Below are positions 34,382 to 43,647 of a DNA stretch of 64,000 nucleotides, one piece after another. This stretch comes from an uncultured Alphaproteobacteria bacterium (GTDB taxonomy: Bacteria; Pseudomonadota; Alphaproteobacteria; Rhizobiales; Aestuariivirgaceae): contig CAVZHN010000015.1 in NCBI GenBank assembly GCA_963775095.1, positions 173,547-237,546 on the forward strand, given 5' to 3'. The position numbers and the translations under genes are program-made. How positions within the stretch are numbered: the stretch's first letter is position 1; each line of letters starts with the position of its first letter. Under the pieces are notes generated by a model, which saw only the letters and a list, made by a program, of their open reading frames with translations, searched no databases and was not told the origin of the DNA.

Positions 34382-34396
34382 GCCACCATCCCGCCG

Positions 34397-34425
34397 CTAT
34401 AGTTGACACTTTCTTAACGCGTCAA
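34397..34425 (-). promoter_or_regulatory. Internal sigma70-type promoter between the MlaC paralogs
   Basis: TTGACG-N17-CTATAG on the minus strand in the 45-bp gap. Confidence 0.45.
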
Positions 34426-34426
34426 C

Positions 34427-35052
34427 CTACCAGGTTTCCGCCTCGCGGAGTTCCGCGAACAGCGCTTCGAAATCGCCCCGCGACTGCTTCAAGACCTTGT
34501 TGAAACGGTCCTTCATCGAAATCGTCAGCCAGATTCCCTTGAGATTGACGTCACTCACCCGGAAACTGCCGTCCGACGGCAGAAGCCTCCAGCGCACCTG
34601 CTCGCGGCCGCCGCTCCGGCGCTTGATGGCGCTGAGGATGGTGATGAACTTGCCCTGCTTGGCATTCGACATGATCTCCAGATCGGTGCCCCGGAAATCA
34701 TCGACGTAATAGACAAACAGCGCCGCCGAGTAGTTGTTCACCAGCCGGTAGAACTCGTCTTTCTTGCCGGCCGGAAGCTTCGGCGCATAGGTGCCGAGCG
34801 CATAAGTGGCGATGTTCCGCAGGTTGATGTGCCGGTTGAGCAACTCGGCGAACCTGGCGCGCAGCGCATTGCCCTTTTGGCCGCTGTTGGCGAGCGCCAT
34901 CACTTCATCGGCGATGCTCGAAACATAGGCCTCCGCCGGATCAACAGCCGCGCCTGGCGGGTCGGCCGACGCAGTGCCAGGAATGCCATCCCGGAGAATA
35001 AAGTCGTCAGAAATGCGCGCCTGCTCACCTGGCGCAGCACAGTCCCGTTCAT
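34427..35052 (-). CDS. MlaC/Ttg2D-family protein (paralog 2); one base missing at about 34975
   Basis: GGAGG RBS then MNGTVLRQVSRRAFLTTLFSGMAFLA (Tat signal) in one frame, continuing as SADPPGAAVDPAEAY...FRVSDVNLKGIWL in another. Confidence 0.8.
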
Positions 35053-35198
35053 GGTTCCTCCTGGGCGGGCCGATTAAAGGGGGCACCCGCCCGATTTCGG
35101 CGCTGAATACGCCGCGAAACTATGAAGAAAACAAGGCGCTAACGAAAATTTGTAGGGATGTTGCGGCGTCATGGGCATCATAAAGCATTTGAAACTCG

Positions 35199-35216
35199 CA
35201 TAAGGATATGTTTATG
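35199..35216. promoter_or_regulatory. SahR-type palindromic operator overlapping the RBS/start
   Basis: CATAAG-GATATG-TTTATG dyad; extra CATAAAG half-site at 35179-35185. Confidence 0.65.
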
Positions 35217-36223
35217 TGTTTATCGTGGAAGAGCTACTGGCAGGACTTAAGGCGGCGGCGGAAGCGACACGGGTGCGCATTCTCTTTGTGCTGTCCCACG
35301 GCGAATTCAACGTCAGCGAACTCACCCAGGTTCTCGGGCAAAGCCAGCCGCGGGTATCCCGGCACTTGAAATTGATGACCGAAGCCGGCCTCATTTCGCG
35401 CCACAAGGAAGGAAATTGGGTGCTTTTCAGGCTCCGCGAGGATGCCGCTGGCGGCGCCCTGTCGCGCGCCATCGCCGGCCTGTTGTCGGCCCGCGACGCC
35501 ATATTGGCCCGCGATCTCACCAGGCTTGAGGACATACGCGCCGAACGCGCCCGCGCCGCTGCACAATATTTCGCTGCCAATGCAAGCGATTGGGAGAAGA
35601 TCCGCACCCTGCACGTGAAGGAGGAGGATGTTGAGGCTGCGATGGTGGCCATGGCCGGAAACCGGCCGATTTCCCTCCATATCGACCTCGGAACCGGTAC
35701 CGGCAGCCTTATCCGCACCTTTTCCGGCCTCGCCGCCCAAGCGATCGGAATTGACCAAAGCCGCGACATGCTGGCCGTTGCGCGCGCCAATCTGGAACGG
35801 CTGGGGCTCCGCCAGGCCCAGGTGCGCCACGGCGACATCTATGCCCTGCCCTTCGCGGATTCATCTTGTGATTTCATAACGATCCACCAGGTTCTTCACT
35901 ATCTGGATGATCCCGGCCGCGCCCTCCAGGAAGCTGCCCGCCTGCTGCGGCCGGGGGGCCGCCTGCTGATCGCCGACTTTGCTCCCCACGACCTCGAACA
36001 CCTGCGCGCCAGCCACGCCCATCGCCGCCTGGGTATCTCAGCCGAAAGCATGGCGGGATGGCTGCAGCGGGCGGGTGTTGCCCTCACCCGCCACGATGTC
36101 CTGCCGCCGCCCTGGCGCCAGCCCGAGACGGGCCTTACCGTTTCCTTGTGGCTTGCCGAAAAACCCAGCGTTCCCAATACTTTGTCCAGTCAGGCTGCAC
36201 AACAACATGAACTTGCCCGCTGA
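35216..36223 (+). CDS. sahR: ArsR-family HTH fused to SAM-dependent methyltransferase domain (SahR-like regulator)
   Basis: TRVRILFVL, SQPRVSRHLKLM HTH; IDLGTGTG, HQVLHY..DP methyltransferase motifs; directly upstream of metF. Confidence 0.88.
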   Translation: MFIVEELLAGLKAAAEATRVRILFVLSHGEFNVSELTQVLGQSQPRVSRHLKLMTEAGLISRHKEGNWVLFRLREDAAGGALSRAIAGLLSARDAILARDLTRLEDIRAERARAAAQYFAANASDWEKIRTLHVKEEDVEAAMVAMAGNRPISLHIDLGTGTGSLIRTFSGLAAQAIGIDQSRDMLAVARANLERLGLRQAQVRHGDIYALPFADSSCDFITIHQVLHYLDDPGRALQEAARLLRPGGRLLIADFAPHDLEHLRASHAHRRLGISAESMAGWLQRAGVALTRHDVLPPPWRQPETGLTVSLWLAEKPSVPNTLSSQAAQQHELAR

Positions 36224-37093
36224 CGACCCCGGCGACATCACCGTGTCCTTCGAGTTCTTCCCGCCCAAGGGCGGTGAAGCCGAAGCTGGCTTCTGGCGGA
36301 CGATCGCCAAACTCGAAACCGTGGCGCCGCGCTTCGTGTCGGTGACCTATGGCGCCGGCGGCACCACCAGGGACCGGACCCTCGCCACCGTCGCCCGCCT
36401 CGCCAGCGCACACGACGCTGCGCCCCGCCGCCCATTTGACCTGCGTCGGCGCCAGCAAGGACGAAGTCAACACGGTGATCGGCGACTTCAAGAAAGCCGG
36501 TGTAAAACATATACTTGCGCTCCGCGGTGATCCGCCGGGCGGGGTCGGCACACGGTTCACGCCACACCCCGATGGTTATCGCAACGCCGCCGATCTGGTG
36601 CGCGGCATCCGCGATATCGGCGGTTTCGAGATTTCGGTGAGCGCCTATCCCGAGCGCCACCCCGAATCGGTGTCGATCGAGGAGGATCTCGCCTTCATGG
36701 CCGACAAGGCCGAACACGGCGCCACCCGCGCCATTTCGCAGTTCTTCTTCCACAACGCCTTTTTCCTGCGTTTGCGCGACCGCATCATGGCCCGCGGCAT
36801 CGACATCGACCTGGTGCCCGGCATCCTGCCGATCACCAATTTCGCCCAGCGTCAAGGAGTTTGCGGCGAAGTGCGGCGCCCACGTGCCGCCGTCGCTCGC
36901 CCAGCGCTTCGAGGGCCTCGACGCCGAACCCGAAACCCGCAACCTGGTGGCCGCCATGGTGGCCGCCGAACAGGTGGCGGCCTTGCGCCGCGAAGGCGTC
37001 AAGCACTTCCACTTCTACACCCTGAACCGCGCCGACCTCGTCTACGCCATCTGCCGCGTCCTGGGCCTCGGTTCGAGCGCCAAAGCGGCTTGA
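36207..37093 (+). CDS. metF: 5,10-methylenetetrahydrofolate reductase; extra bases at about 36409 and 36846
   Basis: VSFEFFPPK, SVTYGAGG, AHLTC, LALRGDPP, AYPERHPES, ISQFFF, HFYTLNRA spread over three frames. Confidence 0.95.
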
Positions 37094-37242
37094 GCGGAAC
37101 CATCCGCTCCGCCGTCTCATTGGCAATGAATTGGCATCCGTTTTTCCATGCAATCGGCGCGAAAAACCGATGATTTAGGACGTCAAAACCCATGTTTTCG
37201 TATGACACTTGATGCCAAAACATTGAGGATTCTCCCCATTTT

Positions 37243-37260
37243 CGGTGACAGTGCACGAAA
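37243..37260 (-). repeat. Left inverted repeat CGGTGACAGTGCACGAAA
   Basis: Exact reverse complement of the 18-mer at 37940-37957 and 37966-37983. Confidence 0.9.
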
Positions 37261-37342
37261 CTCTAGTGCAATCTCTGGTTTCCGTCTCTCAAACTGCAAT
37301 CAAGAGATGAGCGCCCGGCAGCGACAATTCAGATGAAGGAGG

Positions 37343-37819
37343 TTATGCCTTGCCCAAATGTTTCGGCCAGAATTCCAGGTGTACTGCGGCGGCCTCTTCC
37401 TCAAGTTCCGGGCTCGGGCCAATCACCGTGACAGTGCGCGCGCCAGTTTGCAGCACCATCCGGCTTGGCACATTCAATCCGATCCCGGCGATCTCGCCGA
37501 GCCGCGCTTCGGAGCACGCAAACACCATGCGCCCGATGCCCGACCAGTAGATCGCTCCGGCGCACATCGCGCACGGCTCCGTGCTGGTGTAAAGCGTACA
37601 GTCAGCGAGAACAGCCGTGTCGTAGCGCTTCGCCGCCAGTTTGACCAGGTTCATCTCGGCGTGGTTCGTCATGTCGTGGCCGGTGAAGACGCTGTTTTCG
37701 GCGCGCAGGATGACCGCGCCGTCCTTCACCAGCACCGAGCCAAACGGCTCGTCGCCGTTGGCCATCGCCGATTTCGACAGCGCAATCGCCTCGCGCAAAA
37801 ACGGCTCGTGGTTATCCAT
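37343..37819 (-). CDS. Nucleoside deaminase (cytidine/dCMP deaminase Zn superfamily; guanine-deaminase-like)
   Basis: PFGSVLV, HAEMN, LYTSTEPCAMCAGAIYW. Confidence 0.93.
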   Translation of the reverse strand: MDNHEPFLREAIALSKSAMANGDEPFGSVLVKDGAVILRAENSVFTGHDMTNHAEMNLVKLAAKRYDTAVLADCTLYTSTEPCAMCAGAIYWSGIGRMVFACSEARLGEIAGIGLNVPSRMVLQTGARTVTVIGPSPELEEEAAAVHLEFWPKHLGKA

Positions 37820-37939
37820 CGAAGCCTCCCAACAACTAAAGCGGAATGATCTTGTCCTGAATTGAAGGAATTTCCAAGTGGCAGCAAATCTGGGCTAGGG
37901 TGACAGCGGGCTGCGGCGACAGCACATACAATTGCGGAA

Positions 37940-38027
37940 TTTCGTGCACTGTCACCGTATTCCTGTTTCGTGCACTGTCACCGCAATCCCGTGCACTGTC
38001 ACCGTAACCATTTCGTGCACTTCACGG
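37940..38027 (+). repeat. Tandem array of TTTCGTGCACTGTCACCG units (2 full, 1 near-full, 1 degenerate)
   Basis: Copies at 37940-37957, 37966-37983, 37990-38004 (15-mer core) and 38011-38027 (degenerate), 21-26 bp period. Confidence 0.9.
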
Positions 38028-38101
38028 CACCAGTCACTAATTGCAAGTTGACAAGACGTGACCATTAGTTGTGCTACTGTCTGGCGTCAGGGGAGGGATC
38101 G

Positions 38102-38245
38102 ATGAACAAGATCACCGTCCGGTTCGCAGCTATCTATCAGCTCCTAGGCGCTATTGGTATTGCCGCAAGTTGCGCTTGTTTCATTGACAACAGCTACAAG
38201 CCTGTCATTGGCTATTGGCGCGACATCCTGCTTCTCTCAACTTGA
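38102..38245 (+). CDS. Possible short hydrophobic protein (47 aa) or frameshifted fragment
   Basis: GGGAGG RBS; MNKITVRFAAIYQLLGAIGIAASCACFID... Confidence 0.3.
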   Translation: MNKITVRFAAIYQLLGAIGIAASCACFIDNSYKPVIGYWRDILLLST

Positions 38246-38961
38246 TCATCGTCACCGCCATATTGAGGCAACTCCGTTGGCGCCTCCTGATCTCGGCACA
38301 GTAAACATGGCCTTTCAGGCACCGGGTGCTGATCTCGAAGCCGCTCATGGCTACTCATATTCGGAGTAGGATGACCTGTTCGTTTCCGCAAAGATTGATC
38401 CAATCATGTCGCATCGAGCAGTGTCAACATCCGCTGTGTCATCAGAGCGATCAGTGCATCGACGCTCGAGGTCACAATCACCATCAGACGGTGCGAAGTG
38501 TCATGCTCCATCATCTGCAATTGCAATTCACATCGTGATTCAACACGCAAAGCGCTTGGCCATGCCACGCTCGGCCAGTGTTCCCAGACGGCACAGCAGG
38601 TTTGACCGTGGATGTCGTCAAGGATTCGATGTGCATGCCGCTGAAATTTGCCACCGCTTCTCAGGAACGAATTTTCCCAGCAAGCCTTACTTAGTGCACG
38701 CCCATGGCCTTGGCGGCAATCGCCACCAGTCTCATCGAGGCGCGACTGGATTTCTTCGGTTAGAGCTGCAAGGCGCTTGGAGTTCTCCTGGAGGGACACG
38801 TGATGTCGGTCTTCATGTTGAGTTCCTCTTGCTTGATATCTGCCAAACTGGCTCTCGCCGTCCGCAACGTCATATCAGGCACTGTTTTCACTGGCCGTCA
38901 GTGAAGCGGATCACACTGTTTGCGGCGAGAACGAGTGCGCGGAAGAGCATTGCAACGCCCC

Positions 38962-39594
38962 CTACCCCATGTCGTTCCGCTTCCACACCGGCGCAATCGC
39001 CGGCCGCGACTGACAACCGGTCGTGCAGCGCCTTGAGGTTGGGGTGCCTGACGGCAAGGGCTGCATATCGGGCGCCCAGTTGATCAGCATGGCGGCGTAG
39101 ATGTCGGCGGCGCTGAAGCTTGTCGCCGATGAGATAGCGGTTTGGCCCGAGAACGTCCGCCAGAATGCCGAACTGCATTCATCATGTCCTGCGCCGGCCT
39201 TGGCCTTGATGCCGTCGACGGCTGCGGCGTCGGTGGTGTAGTGCTGCGGATAGAGAGACGGAGATCGGTATTGTAGAGCGCCGTGGCCATGAACACCATC
39301 CAGCGCAGATAGCTGGGCCGCTGCGGCCGCCTTGAAGCCCGGCGCCAGCCCGCTCTCCGGATGAAGGATCGGCGAGATGAATCAGGATCGCCGCACTCTC
39401 GGTCATCACCTGCGCCATCGGGCAACACCAGCGTCGGCACCTGCTTCATCGGGTTCATGGCCCGCGAAGCTTTCCGGCAGATGGCCCTGCGCGTCGCGGT
39501 CAAGCGTGATCATCTCGCATTCAACGCCGCATTCGGCCAGCAGCGCCTCGACGCAAACGTTTCCCGCACCCGGCCTCGCATAGAGTTTGTACAT
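38962..39594 (-). pseudogene. Glutathione S-transferase broken into about six frames
   Basis: Fragments MYKLYARPG, MNPMKQVPTLVLPDG, MTESAAILIHL, YLRWMVFMA, YLIGD..SAADIYAAMLINW, RPAIAPVWKRNDMG*. Confidence 0.75.
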
Positions 39595-39682
39595 TTCACG
39601 TCTCCCTTCATCACAATGTTACAACCCCGTGCCACGCTTTGAGAAGCCCCTTGCAACATCTGCGCAAAAGTGGAAAGCCACG

Positions 39683-40644
39683 ATGATCGCCGGACTTGCA
39701 TACAGATCGCTGATGCCAAAACGCCGAGACCCTGTTGCACCCGCGGGCAAGACCAAGCCCGTGCGCTTCAGCTATTCGACCGCCGACCAGCCGAAACTGC
39801 AGCAAGTGGTGATCCAGGCGATCGAGAAGATCGGCGGCCAGCGCAAGCTGAAGAAACTCTACGTCCAGCACCAGAAGAGCGTGGCGGCCGGCGAGAATTT
39901 CTTTGCCGCAGCCCTTCGCCTGCTGCGCATCACCGTCGAGTTTGATCAATTGGCCCTTGCCCAGACGCCGGCCACGGGGCCGGTGCTGTTCATTTCCAAT
40001 CACCCCTATGGCGTGCTCGACGGCATCACCTTGACCTGGCTTGCCACCAAGGTGCGCCCCGACACCAAGGTGCTGGCCAACGACGTGTTGTGCCAGGCGC
40101 CCGAGGCCCGCGACAACCTGCTGCCGGTGGCCTTCGCGCCCACCCGCGAAGCCCGCGAAACCAATGTGCGCTCGAGGCTTGAAGCGCAGGAGCTGGCTGC
40201 GCGATGGCCACGCCATCGGCATTTTTCCGGGCGGCGGCGTTTCGACCTCCGAGCGGCCCGATGAAGGGCCCGGCTGTTGACCTGCCATGGGCGCCATTCA
40301 CGGCGAAGCTCCTGCGCATGTCGGGCGCTACTGTTGTTCCCGTTTATTTCGTTGGCCAGAACAGCCGGCTGTTTCAACTGGCCAGCCATTTGAGCCTGAC
40401 GCTGCGGCTCTCACTGGTGTTCCGCGAAACCGCCCGCCGCATCGGCAGCAAACTCAAGGTGCGGGTCGGCGCGCCAATTCCCTTCGCCGACATCGCCCAC
40501 ATCGAAGACCGCGGCGAACTGGTGATGGAACTGCGCAAGCGCACCTTCGACCTGGCGCGGCTCGAAGATGTCAAAGACCACCCCGGCAACCTCCACATGC
40601 GCGAAGCCCGCATCAAGGGCGTGAAGCACAAGGATGATCCGTAG
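39683..40644 (+). CDS. Lysophospholipid acyltransferase family protein; indels at about 40188 and 40258
   Basis: SNHPYGVLDG (HxxxxD), IFPGGGV, VVPVYFVGQNSRLFQ, GAPIP. Confidence 0.88.
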
Positions 40645-40705
40645 GCGGACTTATTTCACCGCCACCATGAACAGCCGCGGAAGACAGCACCATGCCATCG
40701 GCCGG

Positions 40706-40792
40706 CTATTCAGGCTGCAACGTTTCGAGACCGGCGTTCTCGAAGCACTCATCGCCGAAGGCCAGATAGTCCTGCGCTGACCAGTCTTTCAT
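40706..40792 (-). pseudogene. 28-aa ORF resembling the N-terminus of trans-aconitate methyltransferase
   Basis: MKDWSAQDYLAFGDE resembles Tam starts (W-S-A-x-x-Y-L-x-F-x-D-E); abuts the DUF1127 stop (TAG-ATG). Confidence 0.35.
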
Positions 40793-40975
40793 CTACCAGC
40801 GGTCACCATTGAACGGCCGGCCGCGCACCCGGTAAAGCCGGGCGCGGACCTCCGCCGGCAGGTTGAGATCGGCCAGGTCGCGCTCGCTCAACGAGCTGAA
40901 TTCAATGCGTGGCACCGGCTTGCTCGTCGAACGAGTCCAGGAATGGGCGAAGGCACGCCACAGGGAGAGTACCAT
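40793..40975 (-). CDS. DUF1127-like small protein
   Basis: LSERDLADLNL motif; divergent from a GcvA-like LysR gene. Confidence 0.7.
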   Translation of the reverse strand: MVLSLWRAFAHSWTRSTSKPVPRIEFSSLSERDLADLNLPAEVRARLYRVRGRPFNGDRW

Positions 40976-41065
40976 GTTAACACCTGTTTCACTTATGGGT
41001 TTGAAAGCGTAAAGGCAATATAGCGCTGAGATTTGTTGATTTCCAACGCAATCCGGCGTAAGAGG

Positions 41066-41082
41066 CATCAATGAATTCGATG
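41066..41082. promoter_or_regulatory. LysR recognition box
   Basis: CATC-N9-GATG dyad containing T-N11-A, just upstream of the LysR gene. Confidence 0.55.
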
Positions 41083-41089
41083 GCTCACC

Positions 41090-41971
41090 ATGCCTGATCT
41101 ACCGCCCCTGGGAGCCGTCCGGGTGTTCGACGCTGTGGCCCGCCACGGCAATTTCACCAGGGCCGCCGCTGAACTGAACATGACCCAATCAGCGGTAAGC
41201 TATCAGATCAGGCTGCTTGAGGACTTCACCGGTGCCCCCCTGTTCACCCGCCAGGCGCGCGGTGTTTCGCTGTCGCCGCGCGGCCGGCAGCTGGCACCGG
41301 TGGTTGCTCAATCCCTCGCCGATCTCCAGCGCGCCTTCCGCGTTGGCCGCGCCGATTCCGAGAATATTCTGGCGATCTCGACCTTTCAGACCATCGCCAA
41401 CTCCTGGCTGGCGCCGCGCATCGGCGGCTTCCAGATTTCCCATCCGGAGATCGCCGTCCGCATCGACGTCTCCGTCGAAATCGTCGATCTCGATGGCGGT
41501 GAATTCGATGCCGCCATTCGCTCCGGCAATGGCCAGTGGCCGGGCGTCACCGCTCACTTCCTGTTTGATCAGAGTTTCACGGCTGTCGCCAGCCCGCTCT
41601 ATCTCACGCGCGCCGGACGCCCGGCCGCTCCCACTGACCTGATGAACCACACGCTGATCGGGCCAAGCGATCCGTGGTGGCCAACCTGGTTTGAAGCGGC
41701 AGGCGTTCCCGGTGTTTCGCTGGCGAAGCGCCAGGGCATCGATGTCGAAACCCAGCACACCGCCGCCCTGGTGGCAACCAGCGGCCACGGCGTGGCGCTG
41801 GTCTCCCGGTCATTGCACCTTGAAGCCCTGCGCGACGGGCGCCTGGTGCAACTGTTTGACGTGACCGCCAACGCCGGCTCCGACTACTACCTCGCCTATG
41901 CGCCGCGCAACGCCAAGGCACGCAAGATCAAGCTGTTCCGCGATTGGGTTCTGGCGGAGGCCAAAGGATAG
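41090..41971 (+). CDS. LysR-family regulator (GcvA-like)
   Basis: LPPLGAVRVFDAVARHGNFTRAAAELNMTQSAVS HTH; WLAPRI, FDAAIRSG..WPG. Confidence 0.95.
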   Translation: MPDLPPLGAVRVFDAVARHGNFTRAAAELNMTQSAVSYQIRLLEDFTGAPLFTRQARGVSLSPRGRQLAPVVAQSLADLQRAFRVGRADSENILAISTFQTIANSWLAPRIGGFQISHPEIAVRIDVSVEIVDLDGGEFDAAIRSGNGQWPGVTAHFLFDQSFTAVASPLYLTRAGRPAAPTDLMNHTLIGPSDPWWPTWFEAAGVPGVSLAKRQGIDVETQHTAALVATSGHGVALVSRSLHLEALRDGRLVQLFDVTANAGSDYYLAYAPRNAKARKIKLFRDWVLAEAKG

Positions 41972-41976
41972 AGCCG

Positions 41977-42867
41977 TCAGGGCAGTGGCGCGGGCTCGCC
42001 GGACTGGGTGCGCAGGTATGCGATCAGATTTGCCCGCTCCGCCTCCGCCTCAATACCCGCGAACTGCATACGCACACCCGGCGCGGTGATCTTGGGCCCC
42101 CACAGGAATGCGTTGAGGTCTTCGTAACTCCACGAACCGCCCCAGTCCTTCAATGCCTCCGAATAGGAGAAATCTTCTGTCGATGCCTTCCGCCGGCTGA
42201 CCAAGCCCCAAAGATTGGGACCCAGTTTACGGCCCTTCTTTGGGTCGATGTGGTGGCAATGCGCACAGTTCTTGTCAAAGACGGCTTTGCCCAAGGTGGC
42301 GTCGGCAGCTCCGAGATTGTCGGAAATTGGCGCCACTTCCGGTGGTGCGGCGCCATGCGCGGCCAAGTAACCGGCAATCTCGTGAAGTCCGATCAATTTC
42401 GCGGCGTGAATGGGCGGCTCGCGATCCTTGTTAAGCGCATTCACCTCCGCCCCCGCGTCGACCAGTGCCTCCACGCATTCGAGGCAGCCACTCTTGGCGG
42501 CCAAGTACAGAGCCGAGTTTGTTGCCAAAGCGGCATTGGGGTCGGCGCCACTGGCCAGCAGCAATTTGACCAGAATGCCGTTTTTGCGTTCGATGGCACC
42601 AAGAAGTGGCGGTCCGGAAGTCTTGGTTGCCAGATTGGCGTCCGCTCCCCGCGCTATCAGCAGTTTGGCGGCTTCCTCCTTGCCACGGCGGGCGGCATAC
42701 CAGAGCGGCGTCGCCCAACCGTCATTCTCGTCAACACCGGCGCCAGCATCAAGCGCCGCTATGATCGCGGCGACGTCCCCATTCTTGGCCGCATCATGAA
42801 TGGGGGCGGCTGCAGCGGGTGAAAACACGACAAAAATCGCGATGAGACAACCGGCACCCCAGCGCAT
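41977..42867 (-). CDS. Exported ankyrin-repeat / class I cytochrome c fusion protein
   Basis: Signal peptide, about five ankyrin repeats (TPLWYAA...LLIARGADAN), C-terminal CAHCH...GPNLWG...APGVRM..G cytochrome c2-like domain. Confidence 0.88.
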   Translation of the reverse strand: MRWGAGCLIAIFVVFSPAAAAPIHDAAKNGDVAAIIAALDAGAGVDENDGWATPLWYAARRGKEEAAKLLIARGADANLATKTSGPPLLGAIERKNGILVKLLLASGADPNAALATNSALYLAAKSGCLECVEALVDAGAEVNALNKDREPPIHAAKLIGLHEIAGYLAAHGAAPPEVAPISDNLGAADATLGKAVFDKNCAHCHHIDPKKGRKLGPNLWGLVSRRKASTEDFSYSEALKDWGGSWSYEDLNAFLWGPKITAPGVRMQFAGIEAEAERANLIAYLRTQSGEPAPLP

Positions 42868-43040
42868 GACAAGCCTCTTTTGCGGGAGAACGGGCATCAA
42901 TCCGAATTTGGCTACGTGCTTTTGAATCCGCACCCTAACCTCCGTTGAACTGGCCATTCTCGTGGTAGGCGTCGATCTGCCATTCGCGCCGGTCGTGGCC
43001 CGCCGATGCGACGTTGCCTTTTCCCCTCACGGTTCCGTCT

Positions 43041-43559
43041 CTAGAACTTGCAGTTTGCGGGCGGATCCAGTTCCCCGCGGAATGATTTTTCTACCGGAGC
43101 GAAGATGACTGTCACGTCCTTGGCGGGTGCTCCGGACTCGTTGCGACCGATGTGCCCGCGGCCGGTATCGACATACCCCTGGCCTTTCCTGACCACCTTT
43201 GGCGTGCACGCCGGATCGCCGTGCTCGTAGAACGTCACTTCGCCTTCAATGACTGTGATGAATACCGGCCCCGGATGCGAATGCCATCCAGTCGAGCTTT
43301 CCGGAGCGTAGTCATGGGTCCGCACGACGATATCAAGTGGGACCTTCGCACTGGCCGCGAACCCCAATTCCGATTGCAGGTCGAAGGCATCGTAGGTTGC
43401 CCGCCCAATGACTGCCGGGGTGACCCCAGCCGCCGGCTCCGCCCGCGCCGCCGTTGCATTGAGGGAGAGGACGAGTGCCCCTAACGCAGACATAAACACG
43501 CCGATACGGCACGCGCTGAAAGATCGCAGAGTCAGGGTGGTGCTCCTGGTCGTTCTCAT
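43041..43559 (-). CDS. Exported cupin-domain protein
   Basis: N-terminal hydrophobic signal; STGWHSHPGPVFITVIEG and H..RN cupin motifs. Confidence 0.85.
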   Translation of the reverse strand: MRTTRSTTLTLRSFSACRIGVFMSALGALVLSLNATAARAEPAAGVTPAVIGRATYDAFDLQSELGFAASAKVPLDIVVRTHDYAPESSTGWHSHPGPVFITVIEGEVTFYEHGDPACTPKVVRKGQGYVDTGRGHIGRNESGAPAKDVTVIFAPVEKSFRGELDPPANCKF

Positions 43560-43647
43560 GATTTTCTCCTTCCAGTCCGCAGCTGCTGAGATTGCTAGGA
43601 AGTGACAGCCGAACTGGATAAACTAGGATGCGCGCGAGGAAGGTGAA

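Noticed and set aside
37093-37110. Terminator after metF
   Set aside because: 7-bp stem present but no U-tract
37940-38027. Repeat array as a CRISPR
   Set aside because: Units of 15-18 bp with only 6-8 nt between them, an inverted copy 680 bp away, and no cas genes
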